64,000 bases of DNA, taken from Escherichia coli. GTDB taxonomy: Bacteria > Pseudomonadota > Gammaproteobacteria > Enterobacterales > Enterobacteriaceae. Positions 12,107-21,871 of the stretch are shown piece by piece. Where the stretch lies: assembly GCF_003018255.1 (NCBI RefSeq), contig NZ_CP027440.1; one strand, written 5' to 3'. Under the pieces are notes generated by a model. It had not been told where the DNA came from and did not search any database. It saw only the letters and a list, made by a program, of their open reading frames with translations. Position 1 is the first letter of the stretch, and each line of letters opens with the position of its first letter. A program made the position numbers and the translations under genes.

Positions 12107-12153
12107 GCTCCAGTCCTTTTCTTCTGGGCCGACTTTCCGGGAGGTGCTTAAAC

Positions 12154-12190
12154 GAAAAACCCCGCCCGGTTTGCGCCGGCGGGGTTTTGG
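12154..12190 (-). terminator. ilvB leader attenuator (intrinsic terminator hairpin with U-tract)
   Basis: Minus-strand CCCCGCCGGCGCAAACCGGGCGGGG followed by TTTTTCGTTT, between ivbL and ilvB. Confidence 0.7.
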
Positions 12191-12211
12191 AATCGTGTGT
12201 TGTTCCAGTCC

Positions 12212-12310
12212 CTACGGCGCATTGCCGACGACCACCACCACACGCACGACGACCACTGCGGCGGATGGCGCAGTTGGTAGTAGTTTTGCGTTGAGCATGG
12301 AAGTAGTCAT
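12212..12310 (-). CDS. ivbL: ilvB operon leader peptide, 32 aa (Val/Leu-rich)
   Basis: Minus-strand ORF ATG ACT ACT TCC ATG CTC ... encoding MTTSMLNAKLLPTAPSAAVVVVRVVVVVGNAP with a run of Val codons. Confidence 0.85.
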   Translation of the reverse strand: MTTSMLNAKLLPTAPSAAVVVVRVVVVVGNAP

Positions 12311-12436
12311 TGGGGACCTTGTTGGTTTTGTGTTTAACAATATTTATACAAGCACAGCTTTACAGGGGAGACAATGGAAAATTTTTCAGCAAGGGAAAAT
12401 TGAGGGGTTGATCACGTTTTGTACTGAATTGCAGGT

Positions 12437-12513
12437 AACAAAAAACCCCGCCGGAGCGAGGTTTCGTCAGTCGCCTGCGGCTGGTAACCGCAAAGCACAC
12501 TGTATTATGTCAA
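12437..12513 (-). ncRNA. istR: IstR-1 antitoxin sRNA of the tisB/istR type I toxin-antitoxin locus (approximate ends)
   Basis: Minus strand reads GTTGACATAATACAGTGTGCTTTGCGGTTACCAGCCGCAGGCGACTGACGAAACCTCGCTCCGGCGGGGTTTTTTGTT, ending in an intrinsic terminator; a TATACT -10 lies just upstream. Confidence 0.6.
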
Positions 12514-12619
12514 CACTGAAAGTATACGTGTTCCGCGCAGAACGCGCAATTTCGGCACGAATTTTGACGTATTTAGTGCATAGTTGAGTATCGATCACAG
12601 TTTGCGTTTTGTCCAATAT

Positions 12620-12639
12620 TACTGTTTATTTATACAGTA
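12620..12639. promoter_or_regulatory. LexA box TACTGTTTATTTATACAGTA at the tisAB promoter (TATAAT -10 at 12646-12651)
   Basis: Canonical CTGT-N8-ACAG SOS box read directly from sequence. Confidence 0.8.
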
Positions 12640-12873
12640 AACTTCTATAATATCACTGTACGCAATGTGTTATGCGGGGGCCGCATCGTTACCCGGCGCA
12701 CTAAGTCCTGGCAGAAACGGGTGGTGCCGTCAGCGCCTTAACCCCGCGTGAGCACACTGTGTTATGTCAACAAGCACAACGTTTCTCCTTGAGATACCGC
12801 GTGCACAACAGCTGGCAACAGGCAGCGGAAAGGTACGTCAGCTGGCAGTGCTCCTGAACCACAGGAGACGCGT

Positions 12874-12963
12874 ATGAGCCTGGTGGATATCGCCATTCTT
12901 ATCCTCAAACTCATTGTTGCAGCACTGCAACTGCTTGATGCTGTTCTGAAATACCTGAAGTAA
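12874..12963 (+). CDS. tisB: Type I toxin TisB, 29 aa (SOS-induced membrane peptide)
   Basis: ORF encodes MSLVDIAILILKLIVAALQLLDAVLKYLK, followed by an intrinsic terminator. Confidence 0.85.
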   Translation: MSLVDIAILILKLIVAALQLLDAVLKYLK

Positions 12964-12983
12964 TTCAGATTCAAGTCGCACTA

Positions 12984-13014
12984 AAGGGGAGCGGGTAACC
13001 GCTCCCCTTTTATA
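12984..13014 (+). terminator. Intrinsic terminator after tisB (AAAGGGGAGCGGG-TAAC-CGCTCCCCTTTT)
   Basis: Perfect GC-rich stem followed by a T-run. Confidence 0.8.
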
Positions 13015-13242
13015 TTTAGCGTGTGGGTTGGTGTCGGATGCGATGCTGACGCATCTTATCCGCCCTACCATCCCTCCCGGCAACATTTATTGCCGCTTTT
13101 GTTTACATATTCTGCCGCTAAACAATTCCCCATTCCTGGCGTATATCTGGCTAACATTTATCAATGTGATAGATTCCTCTCCCGCATTTATGGGAATGCG
13201 TAGTGACTTATTCTAATTATTTTTATAAAAGCATCCGTGATA

Positions 13243-14427
13243 ATGAAAAGGCATAGAAACGTCAATTTGTTATTGATGTTGGTATTACTCGTGGCCGTCG
13301 GTCAGATGGCGCAAACCATTTATATTCCAGCCATTGCCGATATGGCGCGCGATCTCAACGTCCGTGAAGGGGCGGTGCAGAGCGTAATGGGCGCTTATCT
13401 GCTGACTTACGGTGTCTCACAGCTGTTTTATGGCCCAATTTCCGACCGTGTGGGTCGCCGACCGGTGATCCTCGTCGGAATGTCCATTTTTATGCTGGCA
13501 ACGCTAGTCGCGGTCACGACCTCCAGTTTGACGGTATTGATTGCCGCCAGCGCGATGCAGGGCATGGGCACCGGCGTTGGCGGCGTAATGGCGCGTACTT
13601 TGCCGCGTGATTTATATGAACGGACACAGTTGCGCCATGCTAACAGCCTGTTAAACATGGGGATTCTTGTCAGTCCGTTGCTCGCACCGCTAATCGGCGG
13701 TCTGCTGGATACGATGTGGAACTGGCGCGCCTGTTATCTCTTTTTGTTGGTTCTTTGTGCCGGTGTGACCTTCAGTATGGCCCGCTGGATGCCGGAAACG
13801 CGTCCGGTCGACGCACCGCGCACGCGCCTGCTTACCAGTTATAAAACGCTTTTCGGTAACGGCGGTTTTAACTGTTATTTGCTGATGCTGATTGGCGGTC
13901 TGGCCGGGATTGCCGCCTTTGAAGCCTGCTCCGGCGTGCTGATGGGCGCGGTGTTAGGGTTGAGCAGTATGACGGTCAGTATTTTGTTTATTCTGCCGAT
14001 TCCGGCAGCGTTTTTTGGCGCATGGTTTGCCGGACGTCCCAATAAACGCTTCTCCACGTTAATGTGGCAGTCGGTTATCTGCTGCCTGCTGGCTGGCTTG
14101 CTGATGTGGATCCCCGACTGGTTTGGCGTGATGAATGTCTGGACGCTGCTCGTTCCCGCCGCGCTGTTCTTTTTCGGTGCCGGGATGCTGTTTCCGCTGG
14201 CGACCAGCGGCGCGATGGAGCCGTTCCCCTTCCTGGCGGGCACGGCTGGCGCGCTGGTCGGCGGTCTGCAAAACATTGGTTCCGGCGTGCTGGCGTCGCT
14301 CTCTGCGATGTTGCCGCAAACCGGTCAGGGCAGCCTGGGGTTGTTGATGACCTTAATGGGATTGTTGATCGTGCTGTGCTGGCTACCGCTGGCAACGCGG
14401 ATGTCGCATCAGGGGCAGCCCGTTTAA
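13243..14427 (+). CDS. emrD: Multidrug efflux MFS transporter EmrD, 394 aa
   Basis: ORF 13237..14427 (track start is GTG); ATG at 13243 gives MKRHRNVNLLLMLVLLVAVGQ... Confidence 0.9.
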   Translation: MKRHRNVNLLLMLVLLVAVGQMAQTIYIPAIADMARDLNVREGAVQSVMGAYLLTYGVSQLFYGPISDRVGRRPVILVGMSIFMLATLVAVTTSSLTVLIAASAMQGMGTGVGGVMARTLPRDLYERTQLRHANSLLNMGILVSPLLAPLIGGLLDTMWNWRACYLFLLVLCAGVTFSMARWMPETRPVDAPRTRLLTSYKTLFGNGGFNCYLLMLIGGLAGIAAFEACSGVLMGAVLGLSSMTVSILFILPIPAAFFGAWFAGRPNKRFSTLMWQSVICCLLAGLLMWIPDWFGVMNVWTLLVPAALFFFGAGMLFPLATSGAMEPFPFLAGTAGALVGGLQNIGSGVLASLSAMLPQTGQGSLGLLMTLMGLLIVLCWLPLATRMSHQGQPV

Positions 14428-14434
14428 GCGCACA

Positions 14435-14932
14435 TCACCGCAGCATCGTCATCAGCTCCATGGGAGAACGATGCTGCTTTATCAGATCACGCATCACCCG
14501 CATATGCGGTGCGGAGTAAGAATAAAACGCCTGATAGCCCGCACATAGCATGCTGTCTGGCGTCTCCTCCCGAGCGTGCGGACACAGCCGATGCCAGTCG
14601 CACGCCTGGCAGTCACGGCGCGATTGCGGGTTTTCGCTGCCACACCATTTTTGTAAGGTGGCGTCAAAAAGCTCAATCGAAATACGACTGATATCTGCCC
14701 GCACCCAACACTCAAACAGGGCAATTAAAAATTTCCCCCACAGCTCTGCTGTCACCGAAGCGGCCGTCAGATCGCCCCGGTCATCAAATTCAAGATAGGG
14801 AATGAGCTGTACGGAGCGGATGCCCCGCTGTTTGAAATTGTGATAAAAATCGGCAGGTTGCAAAGCATCCTTATACTCTACAACCAGTTTATGCCTGTCC
14901 TCTTCAGCATCAATGACCTGACTTCCTGTCAT
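14435..14932 (-). CDS. yidF: Uncharacterised protein YidF, 165 aa
   Basis: ORF 14435..14932; 4-nt overlap with yidG. Confidence 0.8.
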   Translation of the reverse strand: MTGSQVIDAEEDRHKLVVEYKDALQPADFYHNFKQRGIRSVQLIPYLEFDDRGDLTAASVTAELWGKFLIALFECWVRADISRISIELFDATLQKWCGSENPQSRRDCQACDWHRLCPHAREETPDSMLCAGYQAFYSYSAPHMRVMRDLIKQHRSPMELMTMLR

Positions 14933-15291
14933 GCGACTCTCTCAATAAATACGATAAGTTGATGTATATGCGTTACAGCAAACAGTATTGCGAGAGATAA
15001 CACCGCGAGGGAGATCAAAAATTTGTCACGGACTACGTGAAATTGGGAAAAATCGCTATTCGTGACATCCATTAAATTGCGATTACGGGTGTAGTGCCAG
15101 AGGATCAGCGCCACGATGGCGAGGATGCCAATCGAAATCCAGAATAACATGCCCGCCTGGTGCCAGTTGTGTTTGATAGCCAACGCCATCAACGCGCCGT
15201 AGCCCAGCATGGTACGAAACCACGCCAGTGATGTGCGCTCCGGCTGCAGTCCTGGGTCGGCAATGCGTCTGGCTTTGCGGCTATCCGGCAT
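14929..15291 (-). CDS. yidG: Inner membrane protein YidG, 120 aa
   Basis: ORF 14929..15291; hydrophobic small protein. Confidence 0.8.
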   Translation of the reverse strand: MPDSRKARRIADPGLQPERTSLAWFRTMLGYGALMALAIKHNWHQAGMLFWISIGILAIVALILWHYTRNRNLMDVTNSDFSQFHVVRDKFLISLAVLSLAILFAVTHIHQLIVFIERVA

Positions 15292-15628
15292 ACAACACCA
15301 GTCCCATAACGATCACCGCCACGACCATCAATATTAAGCTGATGATTAATAAGCTGTTGGTGTAGGGCAGGTCCTCTTTCAGACGCATCGCTTTTTCATT
15401 GCGTAACCAGCGCAAGTAGCCATACATCGCTAACCCGCCGGAAAACAGACACAACAACAACGCCAGCAGTTCGCGAATGACGGGCGTGGCGAAATCTGGC
15501 GCAAGTTGGTCAAGCCCAACCCCCGCCGCCAGAAATCCTAGTGCGGTACGGATCCACGCCAGAAAAGTACGCTCATTAGCCAGCGAGAAGCGGTAATCGG
15601 GCGCTTCTCCGAGGCGGGAAATTTTCAT
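15281..15628 (-). CDS. yidH: Inner membrane protein YidH (DUF202), 115 aa
   Basis: ORF 15281..15688; start assigned to the internal ATG at 15626-15628 (MKISRLGEAPDYRF...). Confidence 0.75.
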   Translation of the reverse strand: MKISRLGEAPDYRFSLANERTFLAWIRTALGFLAAGVGLDQLAPDFATPVIRELLALLLCLFSGGLAMYGYLRWLRNEKAMRLKEDLPYTNSLLIISLILMVVAVIVMGLVLYAG

Positions 15629-15687
15629 TGTTGCTCCTTGTAAACTGTTCCTCGCCGAAAAATTAGGCCAGGAACAGCAATAATGCA

Positions 15688-17181
15688 TCAGAACTTCTGT
15701 TTTTTCTCTTCCACCTTCACCCCTTGTGTCGGTAGGCCGGTGTCATAGTCGCGTACTACTGGCGAATAGCCATCTTGTGGGCGTGGACGAAATGCCCCCA
15801 TCCAGCGCGGCTGTGCATCTTTACGCCACGGACGCAGGCTCCATTGGTAACTGCGGAACGGATCGCGAATTTTGTCCATGTAATCCAATAAGGCGTCATG
15901 CATTTTGCGGCGAACGTCGGCAAAACGGATATCATCGATCAGGTTATGCATTTCATTTGGGTCATTACGGCGATCGTAAAGTTCATCACTGGTGAAGAGG
16001 TTGAGTACCAGTTTAAAGTCATCCGTCACCCAGCAACGCACCGGAATAAAACCGCCAAAGCTGTCATGCTCAATCTCGTAGCGGTTAAATTCCACCATTA
16101 CGCCGCGTGGCTCTTTCACGGCAAGGATATTTTCCCCCGGCAGAATCTCTGGTTTTTCAATATCTGCCAGCGCCATCATTGTCGGCAGTAAGTCAATATG
16201 ACTGACTGGCGTATCGACCTGTCGCCGCTCCCCTTGCGGCGAACGGATGATCAGCGGAATGCGGGTGATGTCGTCATACATCGCCGCCCCTTTACTGATC
16301 AGCTTATGTGCGCCCATCATTTCACCATGATCGGAGGTATAAATGACCCACGTATTTTCACGTTGCTCTGGCGTTAAGGCATTGATGACACGTCCGATTT
16401 GGTCATCAACAAAGTCATTGCAGGCAAAATAGAGCGGATGGTGATAAAGCCCGTCATCACCGACTGGCGATGGCATCGCCTGCGCCCATAAGCGGTGATG
16501 TTCCGGTTTGTTCGCCAGGTCATCCTGTGATTTCTCGCCAAGTTCGTAGTAAAAATCAGCGTATTTCTCTAAATACTCCACCGGACAGGTGAACGGGTGA
16601 TGCGGCTCATCATACGAAACCACCATCAGGAAAGGTTCGTCGGCGCGCGCGGGCTGTTGCAGAAAATCTACCGCCCGATTGCTGATGCGGTGCGCCCAGG
16701 TGAAGGTTTCGTCGATATGGTTCGCCTGTAAATCCTCAACGCTGTTTAGGCCATTGCGCCACAGGCTGATCTCTTTTTCCGTCAGTTCGCTAAGGTAGTT
16801 CGCCCCATCGAACCAGTAATCAGCGTCCCACTCCGGCGGACACTCGCCAGTGCCGAAATAGTCATGACCGTCGAGATGCCATTTGCCAATGTAACAGGTG
16901 TGATAGCCCGCATCCTTAAAGTAGCGCCCCATGGTGGAAATGTTTTTACCTGGCGCGACGTTGTTGGTCCACGGGCCGGACTGGTTAGCGTAGATACCGG
17001 TAAACAGCCCGGCGCGCGCTGGTGTACAAACCGGTGAACAGGTATAGGCGGAATTAAAGCGAATACTTTCCGCCGCCAGACTATCAATATTTTGCGTATT
17101 CAGCGGCTTACCGCTATAGCAACCGACCATATTGGTGGCCTGGGTATCGGTCATGATGAACAGAAAATTGGGGCGTTTCAT
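15688..17181 (-). CDS. yidJ: Putative sulfatase YidJ, 497 aa
   Basis: ORF 15688..17181; sulfatase signature region (CSPVCTPARAGLFTG). Confidence 0.9.
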   Translation of the reverse strand: MKRPNFLFIMTDTQATNMVGCYSGKPLNTQNIDSLAAESIRFNSAYTCSPVCTPARAGLFTGIYANQSGPWTNNVAPGKNISTMGRYFKDAGYHTCYIGKWHLDGHDYFGTGECPPEWDADYWFDGANYLSELTEKEISLWRNGLNSVEDLQANHIDETFTWAHRISNRAVDFLQQPARADEPFLMVVSYDEPHHPFTCPVEYLEKYADFYYELGEKSQDDLANKPEHHRLWAQAMPSPVGDDGLYHHPLYFACNDFVDDQIGRVINALTPEQRENTWVIYTSDHGEMMGAHKLISKGAAMYDDITRIPLIIRSPQGERRQVDTPVSHIDLLPTMMALADIEKPEILPGENILAVKEPRGVMVEFNRYEIEHDSFGGFIPVRCWVTDDFKLVLNLFTSDELYDRRNDPNEMHNLIDDIRFADVRRKMHDALLDYMDKIRDPFRSYQWSLRPWRKDAQPRWMGAFRPRPQDGYSPVVRDYDTGLPTQGVKVEEKKQKF

Positions 17182-18893
17182 AGGCTATCCTTCGCGTCGG
17201 GAGTAAAGGTTACGGCTGGGTCGTGACGATGCCGCCAGCTATCAAAAATCAGGTAGACAATCACTACGGCGGCAATGAAATAACTGATCATCGCTAACCA
17301 GCGCGTACCGTAGCCGCCGAATTCAGCCAGCCCGGCATAGACGCCAATCATCGCGAACAGGATGCCCATTGACGCGATCTTGACGTTTTTCCACGGTTTC
17401 ATGTCCACCGCAAACGCATCTTTGAAGGTGAACGGCGTGGCGCGCGGTTTGATAAAACCGATCACCAGCATCACGACCACGTTGATGCAGAACGTACAGG
17501 CCAGCACATAGAGGAAATGGAAGTCGAACTTCACCAGATAGTTGATGGTGATGTAGCTGATTATGCCAATCCCCATCGCCACTTTTGCCGCCAGCGCCGG
17601 GATGCGCGGGAAGAAAAAGCCCATAATGATGATGGTAACCAGCGGCACGTTGTAAATGCCGTTGAGCTGTTTCATCCAGCTATACAGCCCCTGCGGCGCG
17701 TTGGCGATCCACGGCGCTACCAGCACCGAAACGATGGCGATAAAGAAACCAAATTTGCGCCCGACGGTGACCAGCTGCTGCGGCTCGGCATTCTGGTTAA
17801 TGATGCGCCGGTAAATACCCATACTGAATAACGTACTGGCGCTATTCAGAAAGCCGTTGAAGGTACTGATCACCGCACCAAATAACACCGCGCCGAAGAA
17901 ACCCACCAGTGGCACTGGCAGAACGTTATTGACCAGCGTCGGGTAGGCCATGTCGGCTTTCGGTAGATCCTGATACAGATGAAACGCAATCAACCCTGGC
18001 AGCACCAGTACCAGCGGGTCGAGCATTTTCAGCACCGCCGTTAACAGCGCCCCCTTTTGCCCTTCCGCCAGGCTTTTTGACGCCAGCGTGCGTTGCACGA
18101 TGCCCTGATTTGTACACCAGTAAAAGGTGTTCACCAGAATCAAACCGGTAAATGCCGCGCCAATCGGCAAGGGATCGGTCGGGCCGCCGACTGAGTTTAA
18201 TTTCTCGGCGTGAACGGTGGTGAGTTGCTCAATGCCCTGCATAAAGCTGCCCTTGCCCATCGCGATCAGGCCAAATACCGGCACCATCAACCCGCCAATA
18301 ACCAGCCCAATACCGTTAATGGAGTCCGCCACTGCCATTGCGCGCAGTCCGCCGATCACCGCATACAAAATTCCCGCCAGACCAAGCAAAATAACCAGTA
18401 ACCAGATAGCCGCACCATCGGAAAGTTGTAGCGACTCACCCACATGAAACAGGCTGTTGAGCGCCAACGCGCCGGAATAGAGAACAATCGGCAGAAAGCA
18501 GACGCCGGTGGCAATGAGGAAGCAGAAGTCGATGATAATACGCGTCGTTTTATCATAACGTTCCTCCAGAAAATCGGGGATGGTGGCAATGCTGCGCTTC
18601 AGATAGCGCGGTAAAAAGATTAGCGCGAGGAAGATCAGCGTCACTGCAGAGGTGACTTCCCAGCCCATCACCGACATGCCACTTTTGTAGGCCTGCCCAG
18701 AAAGGCCGACCAGTTGTTCCGTGGAAAGGTTGGTTAGCATTAACGAAGCGGCAATAACCGGCGCTTTTAGTGAACGTCCGGCAAGAAAATAGCCTTGTTG
18801 CGATCCGGTATCTGTTTTACGGACCTTCCACCAGGTGATGACCGCTACCAGCAGCGTAAAACCGACAAAACTCAAGATTTGTAACGAATTCAT
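17178..18893 (-). CDS. yidK: Sodium:solute symporter family transporter YidK, 571 aa
   Basis: ORF 17178..18893; polytopic membrane protein; 4-nt overlap with yidJ. Confidence 0.9.
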   Translation of the reverse strand: MNSLQILSFVGFTLLVAVITWWKVRKTDTGSQQGYFLAGRSLKAPVIAASLMLTNLSTEQLVGLSGQAYKSGMSVMGWEVTSAVTLIFLALIFLPRYLKRSIATIPDFLEERYDKTTRIIIDFCFLIATGVCFLPIVLYSGALALNSLFHVGESLQLSDGAAIWLLVILLGLAGILYAVIGGLRAMAVADSINGIGLVIGGLMVPVFGLIAMGKGSFMQGIEQLTTVHAEKLNSVGGPTDPLPIGAAFTGLILVNTFYWCTNQGIVQRTLASKSLAEGQKGALLTAVLKMLDPLVLVLPGLIAFHLYQDLPKADMAYPTLVNNVLPVPLVGFFGAVLFGAVISTFNGFLNSASTLFSMGIYRRIINQNAEPQQLVTVGRKFGFFIAIVSVLVAPWIANAPQGLYSWMKQLNGIYNVPLVTIIIMGFFFPRIPALAAKVAMGIGIISYITINYLVKFDFHFLYVLACTFCINVVVMLVIGFIKPRATPFTFKDAFAVDMKPWKNVKIASMGILFAMIGVYAGLAEFGGYGTRWLAMISYFIAAVVIVYLIFDSWRHRHDPAVTFTPDAKDSL

Positions 18894-19059
18894 CTCATAG
18901 CCCTTATTTATGTTTATGTCCCGGACGCATGAATATAGGGAGAGGTAAAATGCGTCGGGTCAGGCAGTCAGATTCTTAAAATACAAACGTCGTATCCCTG
19001 AACGGATTGTTTTCTGTTAAGTTCAGGTTGTGAGCATAATTCGCCGGAGGGATATTAAA

Positions 19060-19926
19060 ATGAATGGAAAATTGCAAAGTTCGGATGTAAAAAACGAAAC
19101 TCCGTACAATATTCCCTTATTGATTAACGAAAATGTGATCTCCAGCGGAATTTCTCTGATATCGCTCTGGCATACCTACGCCGACGAGCATTATCGGGTG
19201 ATCTGGCCGCGGGACAAGAAGAAACCGCTTATCGCCAACTCATGGGTTGCGGTGTATACCGTACAAGGATGTGGGAAAATTCTTTTAAAGAATGACGAGC
19301 AAATAACTCTGCATGGCAACTGTATTATATTTTTAAAGCCAATGGATATTCACTCTTATCACTGTGAAGGTTTGGTCTGGGAACAGTACTGGATGGAATT
19401 TACCCCCACCAGTATGATGGATATTCCCGTCGGTCAGCAAAGCGTTATTTATAATGGCGAAATTTATAATCAGGAACTCACCGAAGTTGCTGAATTAATT
19501 ACTTCACCAGAAGCAATAAAAAATAATCTGGCAGTCGCTTTTCTGACGAAAATTATTTATCAGTGGATTTGTCTTATGTACGCAGACGGTAAAAAAGATC
19601 CACAACGGCGGCAAATTGAAAATTTAATTGCCACTTTACATGCCAGTCTGCAACAACGCTGGAGCGTAGCTGATATGGCTGCCACGATCCCCTGTAGCGA
19701 AGCCTGGTTGCGTCGTCTGTTTTTACGCTATACCGGCAAGACGCCGAAAGAATATTACCTCGATGCGCGTCTGGATCTGGCGCTATCGCTATTAAAACAA
19801 CAAGGAAACTCGGTTGGCGAAGTCGCTGATACGCTCAACTTCTTCGACTCCTTTCATTTCAGCAAAGCCTTTAAGCATAAATTTGGTTATGCGCCGTCAG
19901 CTGTGCTGAAGAATACGGACAGGTAA
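19060..19926 (+). CDS. yidL: AraC-family transcriptional regulator YidL
   Basis: ORF 19030..19926 (track start is GTG); ATG at 19060 follows a GGAGG Shine-Dalgarno; C-terminal AraC-type HTH. Start codon uncertain. Confidence 0.75.
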   Translation: MNGKLQSSDVKNETPYNIPLLINENVISSGISLISLWHTYADEHYRVIWPRDKKKPLIANSWVAVYTVQGCGKILLKNDEQITLHGNCIIFLKPMDIHSYHCEGLVWEQYWMEFTPTSMMDIPVGQQSVIYNGEIYNQELTEVAELITSPEAIKNNLAVAFLTKIIYQWICLMYADGKKDPQRRQIENLIATLHASLQQRWSVADMAATIPCSEAWLRRLFLRYTGKTPKEYYLDARLDLALSLLKQQGNSVGEVADTLNFFDSFHFSKAFKHKFGYAPSAVLKNTDR

Positions 19927-20015
19927 TAACCAGAATGGCGAGTGTGTAAATGACTCGATGATGTTCAGAAATACCAGGTGGAGTACCATTTACGGCGACT
20001 CCACCCGGAAAAGAG

Positions 20016-21677
20016 TTAACCGATACTCCAGAAGAGCACCGCCAGTAATTGGGGGGTGATAATGCGCAGGAACATCACTAACGGATAGACAGTGGCGTAA
20101 GAGAGCGCCGCCGCACCGCTGGTTGGATGAAGATTATTAGCAAACGCCAGCGCCGGAGGATCGGTCATGGAACCTGCCAGCATCCCGCACATGGTCAGGT
20201 AATTCATTTTGGCTAACATCCGCGCCAGAATGCCAACAGTAATCAGCGGAACGGCGGTGATCAGGGCACCATAACCAATCCAGCTTAGCCCTTCGCCATT
20301 GACCAGGGTATTCACAAAATCCCCACCAGATTTCAGACCAACGACCGAGAGGAACAGCACAATGCCTAACTCGCGTAGCGCCAGGTTAGCGCTTGGTGGC
20401 ATAAACCAGTACAGCTTGCCGATACTGCCGATACGCCCGAGGATCAACGCCATAATCAGCGGACCGCCCGCCAGCCCGAGTTTCAACGCCGCCGGGAACC
20501 CAGGCACAAAGACGGGAATAGAACCTAACAATACGCCAAGCCCGATACCAATAAACACTGGCAGCATCTGAACCTGTTGCAGTTTTTGCTGCGCATTCCC
20601 CAGCACATTGGCAACGGCATCAATTGCGGACGGACGCCCCACCAGGTTGAGGATATCGCCGAACTGCAGGCTGATATCGCTACTTGCAACTAATTCAACA
20701 CCAGCACGGTTCAGGCGCGAGATAACAACGTCATAGCGTTCTTTAAAGTGCAGGTCGCGAATACGTTTACCGAGCACGTTTTCATTGGTGACCACCACAC
20801 GCGCGACGCGCAAATCAGTGCCTTTCGTAGACAGCGAGGTATCGACCTCCTGACCAATCACCAGTTGCGCATTATGTAAATCCGCAGGCTGCCCCACCAG
20901 ATGCAGCAAATCGCCCAGTTGAATAACGGTTTCTGGCGAAGGCACTTTTAGGGTTTCTTCTCGTTTCAATCGTGAGCAAATAACTTTATCGCCATTGAGA
21001 ATCGGCACATCTTTAATGGCTAAATTATGCAAATTAGGATTCTCAACTCGGATGTTAATCGTCCTGATTAGCGCACCGCCGTTGGTTCGCGTGGACTCGT
21101 GCTGCTGGGCCTCAGTCTCAACATTGACGCGGAAAATAACCCGCAGCATCCACATAGTGAACAAAATGCCGCAAATCCCAAATGGATACGCCATCGCATA
21201 GCTCATCCCCATTTGATCGACCATCGCCATCGGTGTCCCCAGGTCGCGCAAGATCTGCTGCCCTGCCCCCAGCGCTGGCGTATTGGTGACCGCGCCGGAA
21301 AAAATCCCCAGCACTACCGGCAGTGGAATATCAAACAGTTTATGCAGGATGGCGGTAACCAGACCACCGATGATGACGATCAGAACAGCAAACAGGTTGA
21401 GGCGTAATCCGGAGACGCGCAATGAGGCAAAGAAGCCCGGCCCTACCTGAATCCCGATGGTATAAACGAACAGGATCAGGCCAAACTCCTGAATAACATG
21501 CAGCATATCGCTACTTAATGTCATCCCCGCCTGAGAAACAAAATGGCCGACGATGATCCCACCGAACAGCACGCCGCCAATGCCCAATCCAACACCGCGA
21601 AACTTGACGTTGCCGATAAACAACCCGACGACCGCCACCAAAGCCAGAATACTGACCGTTAATGCTATATCACTCAT
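20016..21677 (-). CDS. yidE: Putative transporter YidE (AAE family), 553 aa
   Basis: ORF 20016..21701; start assigned to [14 protein letters not shown]... at 21675-21677. Confidence 0.85.
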   Translation of the reverse strand: MSDIALTVSILALVAVVGLFIGNVKFRGVGLGIGGVLFGGIIVGHFVSQAGMTLSSDMLHVIQEFGLILFVYTIGIQVGPGFFASLRVSGLRLNLFAVLIVIIGGLVTAILHKLFDIPLPVVLGIFSGAVTNTPALGAGQQILRDLGTPMAMVDQMGMSYAMAYPFGICGILFTMWMLRVIFRVNVETEAQQHESTRTNGGALIRTINIRVENPNLHNLAIKDVPILNGDKVICSRLKREETLKVPSPETVIQLGDLLHLVGQPADLHNAQLVIGQEVDTSLSTKGTDLRVARVVVTNENVLGKRIRDLHFKERYDVVISRLNRAGVELVASSDISLQFGDILNLVGRPSAIDAVANVLGNAQQKLQQVQMLPVFIGIGLGVLLGSIPVFVPGFPAALKLGLAGGPLIMALILGRIGSIGKLYWFMPPSANLALRELGIVLFLSVVGLKSGGDFVNTLVNGEGLSWIGYGALITAVPLITVGILARMLAKMNYLTMCGMLAGSMTDPPALAFANNLHPTSGAAALSYATVYPLVMFLRIITPQLLAVLFWSIG

Positions 21678-21828
21678 CGTCCATTTCTCTTGAGATAACA
21701 TTTTAATTGCTACGGATTATGGCTGAATCGGTGAAGCAGATTTGCCTTATAGCGCACATTATCACGGGAAAGAACGTGCCGAAATATCTTAAACAGGCGA
21801 AAATTAACGCATTGTTGAAGAAGAAAGA

Positions 21829-21857
21829 CAAAAAAGCCCCACCAGAATGGCGGGGCA
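21829..21857 (-). terminator. Intrinsic terminator after ibpB
   Basis: GC stem (GCCCCACC/GGCGGGGC) with an adjacent A/T run. Confidence 0.5.
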
Positions 21858-21871
21858 AAGAGAATAGCTAG

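Noticed and set aside
12090-12587. 165-aa plus-strand ORF containing a TTTTTRTTTT run
   Set aside because: It is the antisense reading of the ivbL Val-codon run and ilvB leader; the real features here are ivbL and istR-1 on the minus strand.
15629-15760. Short plus-strand ORF (MHQNFCFFSSTFTPCVGRPVS) at the yidH/yidJ junction, a possible yidI remnant
   Set aside because: Only 21 codons, no Shine-Dalgarno, and it overlaps the yidJ 3' end; not credible as a gene.
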